Shown here: positions 16,045 through 24,189 of the stretch, piece by piece
How positions within the stretch are numbered: the stretch's first letter is position 1
Layout: each line of letters opens with the position of its first letter
DNA from: an uncultured bacterium
Lineage (GTDB): Bacteria; Patescibacteriota; Saccharimonadia; UBA4664
Direction of reading: 5' to 3'
NCBI GenBank assembly: GCA_963740635.1
Contig: CAVUEQ010000001.1
Span: forward strand, 593,026 to 657,025
DNA: 64,000 bases
The notes under the pieces: generated by a model
Told to the model about the DNA's origin: nothing
The model's database searches: none
The model's input: the letters and a program-made list of their open reading frames with translations, nothing else
Made by a program: the position numbers and the translations under genes

Positions 16045-17031
16045 TTAACCCTTGCGCTCGATTAGGTCGAGGGCTTTGGCGGCAATGTGGGGCGCGGTGA
16101 GGCCGAAGGCTTCCAGGAGCTCGCCGGGGGCGCCCGATTCGCCGAAGCGGTCGAGCATGCCGATGCGGGTCATGGGAACGGGGTGATGGTCGGCCAGGGT
16201 TTCGGCCACGGCGCCGCCCAGGCCGCCGGCCGCTTGGGCTTCTTCGACCGTCAAGACAGCTCCGGTTTTGCGGGCGCTGGCGACGATGGTGACGGTGTCG
16301 AGCGGCTTGACGACGGCGGCGTTGATGACCTCGGCCTCAATCCCCTTCTTGGCCAGTTTTTCGGCGGCTACCAGCGCCTGGTAGACCATGGTGCCGCAGG
16401 CCACGATGGTGACGTCTTGGCCGAGGCGCAGTACTTGGGCTTTAGCGAGCGAAAATGGGGTTTTCTCGGTAGTGATGACCGGCGTTTTTTCGCGCGCCAG
16501 CCGGATGTAGGCCGGGCCGCGGTGCTTGGCCAGCACCAGAGTAGCCTTGGCGGCCTCTTCGGCGTCGGCCGGCACCACCACGATCATGTTGGGCAGCACG
16601 CGCATGAGGGCGATGTCTTCGAGCATTTGGTGGGTGGCGCCGTCGGGGCCAACCGACACGCCGGCGTGGCTGCCCACGATTTTAACGTTGGTGTCATTTA
16701 GGCAGATGGTGGTGCGGATTTGCTCCCAGTTGCGGCCTGGGCTAAACGCCGCGTAGCTCGACACGAACGGCACCTTGCCGGCCAGCGCCATGCCGGCGCC
16801 CACCGTTACCAGATTTTGCTCGGCCACGCCGATCTCCACGAACCGCTCGGGGTAGCTCTTGGCAAATTCGTCCATCTTGGTACTAGCGGTGAGGTCAGCG
16901 CACAACGCTACCACGTTTTTGTTGGTGTGGCCGGCCTCCAGCAGCCCGCGCCCAAAGCCCGCGCGAATCGGCTCCTGGGCGATTTCCTTGCTCAGGATAT
17001 CAGGGACGAGATGTTGCTGCGGCTCGATCAC
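16045..17031 (-). CDS. tkt: Transketolase, C-terminal subunit (pyrimidine-binding plus C-terminal domains)
   Basis: 328 aa. Motifs EIGVAEQNLV, GATHQMLEDIALMR and the C-terminal TVEE...GGLG. Confidence 0.92.
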   Translation of the reverse strand: MIEPQQHLVPDILSKEIAQEPIRAGFGRGLLEAGHTNKNVVALCADLTASTKMDEFAKSYPERFVEIGVAEQNLVTVGAGMALAGKVPFVSSYAAFSPGRNWEQIRTTICLNDTNVKIVGSHAGVSVGPDGATHQMLEDIALMRVLPNMIVVVPADAEEAAKATLVLAKHRGPAYIRLAREKTPVITTEKTPFSLAKAQVLRLGQDVTIVACGTMVYQALVAAEKLAKKGIEAEVINAAVVKPLDTVTIVASARKTGAVLTVEEAQAAGGLGGAVAETLADHHPVPMTRIGMLDRFGESGAPGELLEAFGLTAPHIAAKALDLIERKG

Positions 17032-17079
17032 AGATTAATGATAGGCGGCCACGCCGAAAAACGCAAAATGCTTACGCCT

Positions 17080-17376
17080 TTAAGTCGCGGCGCGGGTTCG
17101 CAACGCTTGTTTAATATGGCGCACTTCAATCCGCAGCTCAGTTACATCCTTCGTCAAGCGATCGAGGCGATCGTCAGCATCGTCAAAACGATTGTCGATA
17201 TCCTTTACGGCCGGCTCAAAGTTCATCTCTATGAAGCTTTGAAACTCGCCTCTCAGTACGTTGACCTCGTTGCGAACGAGTTGCTTCGTGTGATCCCGCT
17301 CCTTTACAAAGCGTTTATCCATTTGCTCGTCGAGCATTTTTCGAAAATCTTCTAAATTGAAGTCGACTTGGGGCAT
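17080..17376 (-). CDS. Small acidic coiled-coil protein, unknown function
   Basis: 98 aa: MPQVDFNLEDFRKMLDEQMDKRF...DRLDRLTKDVTELRIEVRHIKQAL. RBS GGAG. Sits in an AT-richer patch between the two transketolase halves. Confidence 0.55.
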   Translation of the reverse strand: MPQVDFNLEDFRKMLDEQMDKRFVKERDHTKQLVRNEVNVLRGEFQSFIEMNFEPAVKDIDNRFDDADDRLDRLTKDVTELRIEVRHIKQALRTRAAT

Positions 17377-17462
17377 GAGGCGTCTCCGTTACGTTCGATA
17401 TTACAGACCTTAACAGATCTATTCTACCGAACAAAAAGCGAAAATGCAATCTGCGCCAGAAA

Positions 17463-17600
17463 TTATTTGGACGGGCTGAGGAGGTCTTTGATGACTATGA
17501 ATTCGAAAGCCGCCAAGACTGCTATGCTGCCGACGGCGAAGGCGCCTAATGCGAGCGAGCCGGCGGAATCGTAACCGGCGGGCAGCGCATTGCCGCCCAT
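17463..17600 (-). CDS. 45-aa single-TM micro-protein (tentative)
   Basis: Manual translation: MGGNALPAGYDSAGSLALGAFAVGSIAVLAAFEFIVIKDLLSPSK. RBS AGAAGG lies 3-4 nt before ATG 17600. Confidence 0.3.
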   Translation of the reverse strand: MGGNALPAGYDSAGSLALGAFAVGSIAVLAAFEFIVIKDLLSPSK

Positions 17601-17711
17601 GACCTTCTCTACGCCCGAGATTAGCCCAAACGGAATGACAAGGGTGCTGGCAAAGGCGTACGGGTCGTCAGCAGTTGACGGATACGATTGGACCGCCGAA
17701 ATGGCCGGCGA

Positions 17712-18584
17712 CTACTCATGCTCGCTCCGGATGCGGCCGCCGAGGGTGCGGAGCTCGTGGAGGGCGATGCGGGCCTGGTCTTTTTTGCGCGGGTCGCCGG
17801 GGAGGTCCTGGGTGCCGGGCGGGTTGCCGTGCCAGCGGTAGTCGTACTCCATGTAGTCGACGCCCTTACCAGGGATGGTGTGGGCGATGATGGCGACGGG
17901 TGCCTCCACGATGGCCTTGGCCAGGTTGCAGGCGTCGATGATGGCCTGGAAGTTGTGGCCGTCGATTTCGATGACGTGCCAGCCGAAGGCGGCGAACTTC
18001 TGGGCCAGGTCGCCGAGCGGCATAACGTGCTCGGTGGTGCCGTCGATCTGGATGTTGTTGCGGTCGATGATGGCGGTGAGGTTGGCGAGCTTGTACTTGG
18101 CGGCGAACATGGCCGCCTCCCAGATGTTGCCCTCGTCGAGCTCGCCGTCGCCGGTGACCACGTACACGTGGGCCTTGTTTTGGTCCATGCGCAGGGCGAG
18201 CGCGTGGCCGGCGGCCTGGCTGAGGCCGCTGCCGAGCGGGCCGGAGGTGGATTCGAGGCCGGGCAGGCGCAGGCGCTCGGGGTGGCCCTGGAGCCGCGAG
18301 CCGAATTTGCGCAGGGTGGCCAGCTCGCTCACCGGGAAGTAGCCGGCGCGGGCCATGGTGGCATAGCGCACGGGCACGCAGTGGCCGTTTGAGAGAAACA
18401 GGCGGTCGCGGTCGGGCCAGTCGGGTTGCTTGGGGCGGTGGTCGAGGATTTCGAAGTAGAGGGCGGTGAAGATGTCGGCCAGGCCGAGCGGGCCGGCGGA
18501 GTGGCCGGAGCCGGCTTCCACCAGCATGTTGATGATGTCTTCGCGAATCTGCTCAGCTTGAAGCTCGAGCTGCTTGTGCGTCAT
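17712..18584 (-). CDS. tkt: Transketolase, N-terminal subunit (thiamine-diphosphate-binding)
   Basis: 290 aa. Motifs GSGHSAGPLG, DRLFLSNGH and GDGELDEGNIWEA. Confidence 0.92.
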   Translation of the reverse strand: MTHKQLELQAEQIREDIINMLVEAGSGHSAGPLGLADIFTALYFEILDHRPKQPDWPDRDRLFLSNGHCVPVRYATMARAGYFPVSELATLRKFGSRLQGHPERLRLPGLESTSGPLGSGLSQAAGHALALRMDQNKAHVYVVTGDGELDEGNIWEAAMFAAKYKLANLTAIIDRNNIQIDGTTEHVMPLGDLAQKFAAFGWHVIEIDGHNFQAIIDACNLAKAIVEAPVAIIAHTIPGKGVDYMEYDYRWHGNPPGTQDLPGDPRKKDQARIALHELRTLGGRIRSEHE

Positions 18585-18634
18585 GAGTTAAGCATAACCA
18601 TATATGCGAAATTTTGCGAGGTAGTGAAACTGTA

Positions 18635-19273
18635 CTACGATGCGCCCTCCGCGATGGCCTGCACGGCCACGTAGGCGATCTCGGGGTCGGCGGCGTCGTG
18701 GATGAAGCTGCCAACGTCGAGCAGGTTGGCGCCGGCCTCCACAGCCAGGCGGCTGGTCTCCTGGTTGAGGCCGCCGTCAACCGCTATTTCCAGCTCGGAA
18801 TTAATGGCCCGGGCCTGGGCGATTTTCTCCAGGCAGTCGGCGCGAAATTCGCCGCCGTTGTGGCCCAGCCGGCCGGTAAACACCACCAAATGGTCGATGG
18901 TTGGCAAAATATCCCGGACCTGGTCGATCATTGTCTCCACGTTTATAGCCATGCCGACTTTAATATCCATTGATCGTAATTCCTTGAAAAAGGCCTCGCG
19001 GTCGAAGGGCGCTTCGAAGTGCGTAATCACGAGCTGCGGCATGAGGCTGACGATGTTTTCGAGCTGGCTCTCGGGGTGGACCATCATGAGGTGCAGGTCG
19101 AACGGCACACCGTCGATGTCGTAGACCTGGCTGAGGCCGACGGTTTTGATGTCCGTAAACACCCCATCGCCCACGTCGATGTGCAGGCGGGTGGCAAACG
19201 GCTTCACGTTGTCGATGCGGCGGGCGTAATCCTCGGGGCTGGTGGCGTTGATCGTGGGCGCGACGCTAGCCAT
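18635..19273 (-). CDS. rpe: Ribulose-phosphate 3-epimerase family protein (divergent)
   Basis: ORF track 18635..19444, trimmed to ATG 19273 (MASVAPT...), which overlaps the rpiB stop by 8 nt. Motifs RLHIDVGDG, DLHLMM, VFTG..GHNGG and IAVDGG. Confidence 0.7.
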   Translation of the reverse strand: MASVAPTINATSPEDYARRIDNVKPFATRLHIDVGDGVFTDIKTVGLSQVYDIDGVPFDLHLMMVHPESQLENIVSLMPQLVITHFEAPFDREAFFKELRSMDIKVGMAINVETMIDQVRDILPTIDHLVVFTGRLGHNGGEFRADCLEKIAQARAINSELEIAVDGGLNQETSRLAVEAGANLLDVGSFIHDAADPEIAYVAVQAIAEGAS

Positions 19274-19712
19274 AGAGCTCCTCAATTTGGTCAAGGCGGC
19301 GCTGGTACTTGGGGTTTTCAGCGAATTTTGTGCCGAGCCAGGCATCCACGGCGGCGATGCAGGTCTCCTGGTCGGTATACTGCGGGGCGAGCACGAGCAC
19401 GTTGACGTTGTCGTCGCGGCGGGCGTGGACGGCCACATCCTCATTCCAGGCCAGAGCGGCGCGTATGCCGCCCACCCGGTTGGCCGCGATGCTCATCCCC
19501 TGCCCCGATTTGCACATTAGGATGCCGAGGTCATCATCGTCGCCGCCGAGCAGCTTGCTGGTGAGGGCATAGGCGTATTTCGGGTAATCATCGAGCGCGT
19601 CATAGGTGTGGGCGCCCACATCTTCAATTTCGTAGCCGGCGTGAGTGAGGTGCTCGCGCATGACGTTTTTGAGTTCATAACCGCCGTGATCAGCACCGAG
19701 ATAGATCTTCAT
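19266..19712 (-). CDS. rpiB: Ribose-5-phosphate isomerase B
   Basis: 148 aa. MKIYLGADHGGYELK... and CKSGQGMSIAANR. Confidence 0.92.
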   Translation of the reverse strand: MKIYLGADHGGYELKNVMREHLTHAGYEIEDVGAHTYDALDDYPKYAYALTSKLLGGDDDDLGILMCKSGQGMSIAANRVGGIRAALAWNEDVAVHARRDDNVNVLVLAPQYTDQETCIAAVDAWLGTKFAENPKYQRRLDQIEELYG

Positions 19713-19961
19713 ACGCCTTAGTTTACGGGTATGTTAGAAAGAAATCTAGTTGATGGAATATTTCTTATAAGAACGCTGAAGGTGTGGGCCGGGATTATTA
19801 TTTTCGGAGTACGCGCATGGTACTAGGTCTCCCATTTTGGGACATACAATTCGAAATTGAGGCTAATTTTTTAACCTATGTTCTAATTTGGGACATAGGC
19901 GTAAATGCGTGCGTCCCAAGGGTTTGAGATTAAGGCAAGGCCGGCACGGAGGCCGGAGCGC

Positions 19962-20972
19962 CTAGGCGATGGTTTTGGCGACATTCAGGACGTTTTCGAC
20001 GAGGCGGTTAGAGTAGCCCCACTCGTTGTCGTACCAGGCCACGACCTTGAGCAGATTGCCGCCCACGACGTTGGTGAGGGCCAGGTCGACGATGCCTGAG
20101 TGGGGGTTGCCGATGAAGTCGGAGCTTACGAGCGGCTCGTTGGTGACGTCGAGGATGCCCTGGAAGCGCGGCTCTTTGGTGGCGGCGGTGAGGGCGGCGT
20201 TGACTTCCTCGATGGTGACATCCTTGGCGGTGACGAAGGTGAAGTCGGAGAGGCTCACCACCGGTGTGGGGACGCGGACGGACAAGCCGTCGAATTTGCC
20301 CTTGAGGGCCGGGAAAGCCTTGGCCGCGGCGGTGGCGGCGCCGGTGCTGGTGGGCACGATGTTTTCGGCGGCGTTGCGGCCTTCGCGCACATCCTTGGCG
20401 GGCGCGTCCTGGAGCATTTGGCTGGCGGTGTAGCTGTGGACGGTGGTCATCATGGCCTTCTCGATGCCGAATTTTTCCCCGATTACGACGGCCACCGGCG
20501 TGATGCAGTTAGTGGTGCAGCTGGCGTTACTGACGACGGTGTTGGTGGGGGCGAGATCTTGCTCATTGACGCCGATGACGAATGTGCCCACGCCCTCACC
20601 CTTGGCGGGGCCGGAAATCACCACGCGCTTCGCGCCGGCCTGAAGGTGCTTACTGGCATCTTCGACCTTGGTGAAGCGGCCGGTACTTTCGATGACCAGG
20701 TCGACGGCCAGGTCTTTCCAGGGCAGCAGCGCCGGGTCCTTTTCGGCCAGCACGCGCACTTTTTTACCGCCGACGATCAGGTTTTGCTCGTCGTGACCGA
20801 CATCTTCGTGGTAGGTGCCGTAGTTTGAGTCGTGCTTGAGCAGATAGGCCAGCGTGTTGGTGCTGGTGAGGTCGTTGACGGCTACAACTTCCAGGTCGGG
20901 GTGGCCCAGGGCAATCTTAAATGCATTCCGGCCGATCCGGCCGAACCCGTTAATAGCTACTTTGTAACTCAT
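19962..20972 (-). CDS. gap: Type I glyceraldehyde-3-phosphate dehydrogenase
   Basis: 336 aa. INGFGRIGR, SNASCTTNC and WYDNEWGYS. Confidence 0.95.
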   Translation of the reverse strand: MSYKVAINGFGRIGRNAFKIALGHPDLEVVAVNDLTSTNTLAYLLKHDSNYGTYHEDVGHDEQNLIVGGKKVRVLAEKDPALLPWKDLAVDLVIESTGRFTKVEDASKHLQAGAKRVVISGPAKGEGVGTFVIGVNEQDLAPTNTVVSNASCTTNCITPVAVVIGEKFGIEKAMMTTVHSYTASQMLQDAPAKDVREGRNAAENIVPTSTGAATAAAKAFPALKGKFDGLSVRVPTPVVSLSDFTFVTAKDVTIEEVNAALTAATKEPRFQGILDVTNEPLVSSDFIGNPHSGIVDLALTNVVGGNLLKVVAWYDNEWGYSNRLVENVLNVAKTIA

Positions 20973-21092
20973 AGTGTTTGTGTTTGATCCTTATGCTGCC
21001 TCTACGATATAAGCATAGGCGTAAATGCGCAAGACGTGACCCCGGCCGCTTGAGCTTCGCTGCTCAGCGGCCAGGGTCTGGCGAGAGATTGG

Positions 21093-21263
21093 TCATGGCG
21101 GGTTGTTCGCCACATGCTGGTCGAGCTGGTGCCCGGCTGTATGTGCGCCTTGTAACAGTTGGTGGATGGTGTCCGCGATGACCCCGAGGAATTGGCCGGT
21201 GGCGACCGGCGCGAAGATGAAGCCGGCCGCGAGTAAGCCAAAACCTAACCACACCCATTTCAT
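21093..21263 (-). CDS. 56-aa micro-protein with an N-terminal TM helix
   Basis: Manual translation: MKWVWLGFGLLAAGFIFAPVATGQFLGVIADTIHQLLQGAHTAGHQLDQHVANNPP. Strong RBS GGAGG 9 nt upstream. Below the ORF-track cut-off. Confidence 0.45.
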   Translation of the reverse strand: MKWVWLGFGLLAAGFIFAPVATGQFLGVIADTIHQLLQGAHTAGHQLDQHVANNPP

Positions 21264-21317
21264 TGCGACGCACCTCCTCTCCGCTGGTACGCGCTCAGAT
21301 GAGCGAGTTGATATATT

Positions 21318-21851
21318 TTACCACCATTTGTCGGATTGGGCGCGCTGGGAGCATTCACGGATGATTTTCCAGGCCTCATCGGGGCCGGTGATGCCGCGGA
21401 CAATGGTGCCGCCTTTTTTTAGGTCCTTATAGTGCGCGAAGTGGTGGGTGACTTGGCGCTTCCATTGCTCGCCCAGCTCGTCGACGTGCTTGATCTCACC
21501 ATAATGCCGGTCGTCGGCGGGCACGGCGATGATTTTGTGGTCGTTTTCGCCGCCGTCTTCAAAGTCGAGCATGCCGATCACACGGCACTCCTCGATCACC
21601 AGGCCCATTGGCAGCGGCTCGCCCGTCACCAGCAGCACGTCGAGCTCGTCGCCGTCCTCGTCGAGGGTTTGGGGAATGAAGCCGTAGTTGGCGGGCTTTG
21701 CGAAGATGCCCGGCTCCACCCGGTCGAGCGCGAAGAATGCCTCGTGGCGGCGCCACTCCACCTTGAGCATCGAGCCCTTGGGAATCTCGATGACCGTGGT
21801 GACGAATTCGCCGTCTTTGCCGAATGCCAATTTATTAAACGGGTAGCCCAT
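21318..21851 (-). CDS. ppa: Inorganic pyrophosphatase (family I)
   Basis: 177 aa. Motifs YGFIPQT and DGDELDVLL. Confidence 0.93.
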   Translation of the reverse strand: MGYPFNKLAFGKDGEFVTTVIEIPKGSMLKVEWRRHEAFFALDRVEPGIFAKPANYGFIPQTLDEDGDELDVLLVTGEPLPMGLVIEECRVIGMLDFEDGGENDHKIIAVPADDRHYGEIKHVDELGEQWKRQVTHHFAHYKDLKKGGTIVRGITGPDEAWKIIRECSQRAQSDKWW

Positions 21852-21967
21852 GAGCCTCCTGGTATAGTTAGTCGCTCGCTATTTTAGCATATTGGAAGAA
21901 TGGCTATTACTAATAGTGACACCGGTGAGCTAATGTGGTTAAGCATTTAAGTGAGGAGAATAACATT

Positions 21968-22231
21968 ATGTTAATGACGATAATTTCATGGATTATCTTG
22001 GGAGCCCTGGCGGGATGGATCGCCTCGATGCTCACAGCCACCGACTCGCGGGTAAGCGGCTGGATGAACGTGATCGTGGGGATCATCGGGGCCTTCATCG
22101 GCGGACTGGTCCTGCAATTGCTGGGAGTGAACACCTCCAGCGGGTTTAGCCTCGGCAGCCTGCTGACGGCCATCCTTGGCGCTGTGATCCTGCTGTCGCT
22201 GGTGCGGGCTTTCCGCCGCGACACGATCTAG
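21968..22231 (+). CDS. GlsB/YeaQ/YmgE (transglycosylase-associated) small membrane protein
   Basis: ORF track 21935..22231. ATG 21968 is preferred because GAGGAG lies 9 nt upstream. Sequence: IISWIILGALAGWIASML...VIVGIIGAFIGG. Confidence 0.85.
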   Translation: MLMTIISWIILGALAGWIASMLTATDSRVSGWMNVIVGIIGAFIGGLVLQLLGVNTSSGFSLGSLLTAILGAVILLSLVRAFRRDTI

Positions 22232-22270
22232 GCCGCAGAGGGTTTTCCCTTATAATCCACATGATTTAAT

Positions 22271-22307
22271 GAGCCGCTCTCTGCAATGCTGGGGGCGGTT
22301 CTTTTTT
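22271..22307 (+). terminator. Intrinsic terminator
   Basis: GAGCCGC...GCGGTTC (one G.U pair) followed by TTTTTT (22302..22307). Confidence 0.5.
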
Positions 22308-22364
22308 CGGTATCAGCATTTGCATGGTTCTCAAACCTAAACGCAACTTTGCGCAGCACAACGT

Positions 22365-23048
22365 TTACGGGATGACGGGCGTAGTGCCCGGGCCGGGATC
22401 TGTGGACCCGCCGGGGCCGGTGGAGTCGCCGAGCACCTGGCCGGCCGGGGGTGTGGGCTCGGGCACGGGCGTGGGCACCGGGCTGGGCGAGGGCACGGGG
22501 TCCGCCGTTTGGTTGCCGGGCGGCGTTGCGATGGGAGTGACGGCGACCGAGACCGGGCCGAGGTCGGCCTTGACGGCCACTGCCGGAATCACCTGGGGGT
22601 GCGCGATGCGTGAGGCGGCCGGTTTGGATCTGCCCGGCGCCGGGCGCACGGAGGCCGCGACGGCGCGCTCCGCCGGCGGCGAGACCAGCGGCGAGGGCAG
22701 CGGCGAGGCCTTGGTGTTTTCGGGATTGACGTTACGGACGATTTCGGTCCGCGGAGGCGGCGGGGCAGCTGGGGTGGGCTGGTGGAAAATGTGCGCCACT
22801 ACCTGCCCGCCGCCGGCCGCCAGTGCCAGCACAGCCAGCCCCAGCCCTAGCAGCACCAGCAGCGTGCCGGGCATGTGGTGGCGCAAAAAATCGTGCCGCA
22901 TCTTGATGGCCCGTCGGACGCGCTGCAGATCCCGGGGCGAGAGATATTTTGCCAGGTGGTTCACCGGTACACGGAAATTGCGGCCGTCTTTGAAAGCCAG
23001 CCACACGAGTCTATCGGTCTCAATGCTGTAGTTGGCGAGATCACCCAT
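22365..23048 (-). CDS. Bitopic membrane protein with a Pro-rich extracytoplasmic tail, unknown function
   Basis: 227 aa. A cytoplasmic N-domain, the TM helix GTLLVLLGLGLAVLALAAGGG, then a long P/S/T/A-rich tail. The opposite-strand ORF 22324..23031 looks like a GC-artefact. Confidence 0.65.
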   Translation of the reverse strand: MGDLANYSIETDRLVWLAFKDGRNFRVPVNHLAKYLSPRDLQRVRRAIKMRHDFLRHHMPGTLLVLLGLGLAVLALAAGGGQVVAHIFHQPTPAAPPPPRTEIVRNVNPENTKASPLPSPLVSPPAERAVAASVRPAPGRSKPAASRIAHPQVIPAVAVKADLGPVSVAVTPIATPPGNQTADPVPSPSPVPTPVPEPTPPAGQVLGDSTGPGGSTDPGPGTTPVIP

Positions 23049-23093
23049 AATGGAATCGTAACACTAATGTTTGAAAGCGCAATTTAGCTGAAG

Positions 23094-23261
23094 TTACGAA
23101 ATAACGAAGCGGTAGACGGCCCAAATTCCGGCAATACCGCCGATGGTGCTGAGCAGTATTCCCCAGCCGGAGAAATCGCTGGCGCCCCACAAACCAGGCA
23201 GTAGTCCGCCGATAGTGCCGCCGACGGTGGCCCCCAGGAAATAAAGGGCGCGGTTACTCAT
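23094..23261 (-). CDS. 55-aa glycine-zipper micro membrane protein
   Basis: MSNRALYFLGATVGGTIGGLLPGLWGASDFSGWGILLSTIGGIAGIWAVYRFVIS. ATG 23261 overlaps the galU stop (ATGAGTAA), which implies translational coupling. Confidence 0.5.
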   Translation of the reverse strand: MSNRALYFLGATVGGTIGGLLPGLWGASDFSGWGILLSTIGGIAGIWAVYRFVIS

Positions 23262-24159
23262 TGTCCGGGGCCGTGGCGGTAAGCTTGGTCTGCAAATACT
23301 CCTTGAACGCAGGCGCGATCCCCGGGTCGTCGAGGGCGACGTCCACGATCGCCTCCAGGTATTTTTCCTTATTTCCGGCGTCGTGCCAGTGGCCTTCGAT
23401 GACGCGCCCGTAAACCGTGTCGGTCTTGGAGTAGGCGTTGATGGCGTTGGCCAGCACGAGCTCGCCGGACTTGTCTGGCTGAACTTCTTCGACAAATTTC
23501 ATCATTTCGGGGGTGAAGACATAGCCCGCCACGCTGGCGAATATGTGGCCGTTGTGAGTGGGGGTCTCCGAGGGCTCGGGCTTTTCGAGCAGACCGGACA
23601 GCTCGAAGGTGTCATCGTCGACGGGCGTCTTGATGTCGGCCACGCCGTAGCTGCCGGCGCGCGAGGGATCCACCGCCACGAGTGAAATTACCGGCTTGCC
23701 AAAGCGCTTATACGTTTCCACGAGCTGCACCGAGCGGGGGACGCGCGAGTTGAAAAAGTCGTCGGCGAATAGCACCAGGAACGGCTCATTGTTGAGCAGG
23801 TGGGCGGCATTGAGCACGGGCGTAGCGTTACCGTAAGGCCCTTTTTGGCGCAGGTAAATGAAGTTGCCCAGCTCGGCCACCTGCTCCATGCGGTCGGCCA
23901 GCTCGGATTTCCCGTCGGCCCGCAGTTTGGCCTCCAGCTCGTACTGGTGGTCGAAGTGGTCCTCGATGGTGCGTTTGTTGGCGCTCCCGACGATGATGAT
24001 ATCGGTGATGCCCGCGGCTACCGCCTCCTCGACCACGTATTGGATGATGGGCTTGTCGATGATGGGCAGCATCTCCTTGGGCATGGCTTTGGTCATGGGA
24101 AGGAAGCGCGTACCGAGTCCGGCGGCGCAAATTATTGCTTTGGTGATGGGCTTGGACAT
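23254..24159 (-). CDS. galU: UTP--glucose-1-phosphate uridylyltransferase
   Basis: 301 aa. AIICAAGLGTRFLPMTKAMPKEMLPIIDKP. Confidence 0.92.
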   Translation of the reverse strand: MSKPITKAIICAAGLGTRFLPMTKAMPKEMLPIIDKPIIQYVVEEAVAAGITDIIIVGSANKRTIEDHFDHQYELEAKLRADGKSELADRMEQVAELGNFIYLRQKGPYGNATPVLNAAHLLNNEPFLVLFADDFFNSRVPRSVQLVETYKRFGKPVISLVAVDPSRAGSYGVADIKTPVDDDTFELSGLLEKPEPSETPTHNGHIFASVAGYVFTPEMMKFVEEVQPDKSGELVLANAINAYSKTDTVYGRVIEGHWHDAGNKEKYLEAIVDVALDDPGIAPAFKEYLQTKLTATAPDNE

Positions 24160-24189
24160 GGAGAGTCTCCTGAATGCAAAGGTATTCTA

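Noticed and set aside
19836-19897. CggR (SorC-family) operator identity for the GGGACATA repeats.
   Set aside because: The repeats do not satisfy CGGGAC-N6-TGTC-N4-CGGGAC-N6-TGTC, and the spacing is 51 bp. They are kept only as an unassigned candidate regulatory repeat.
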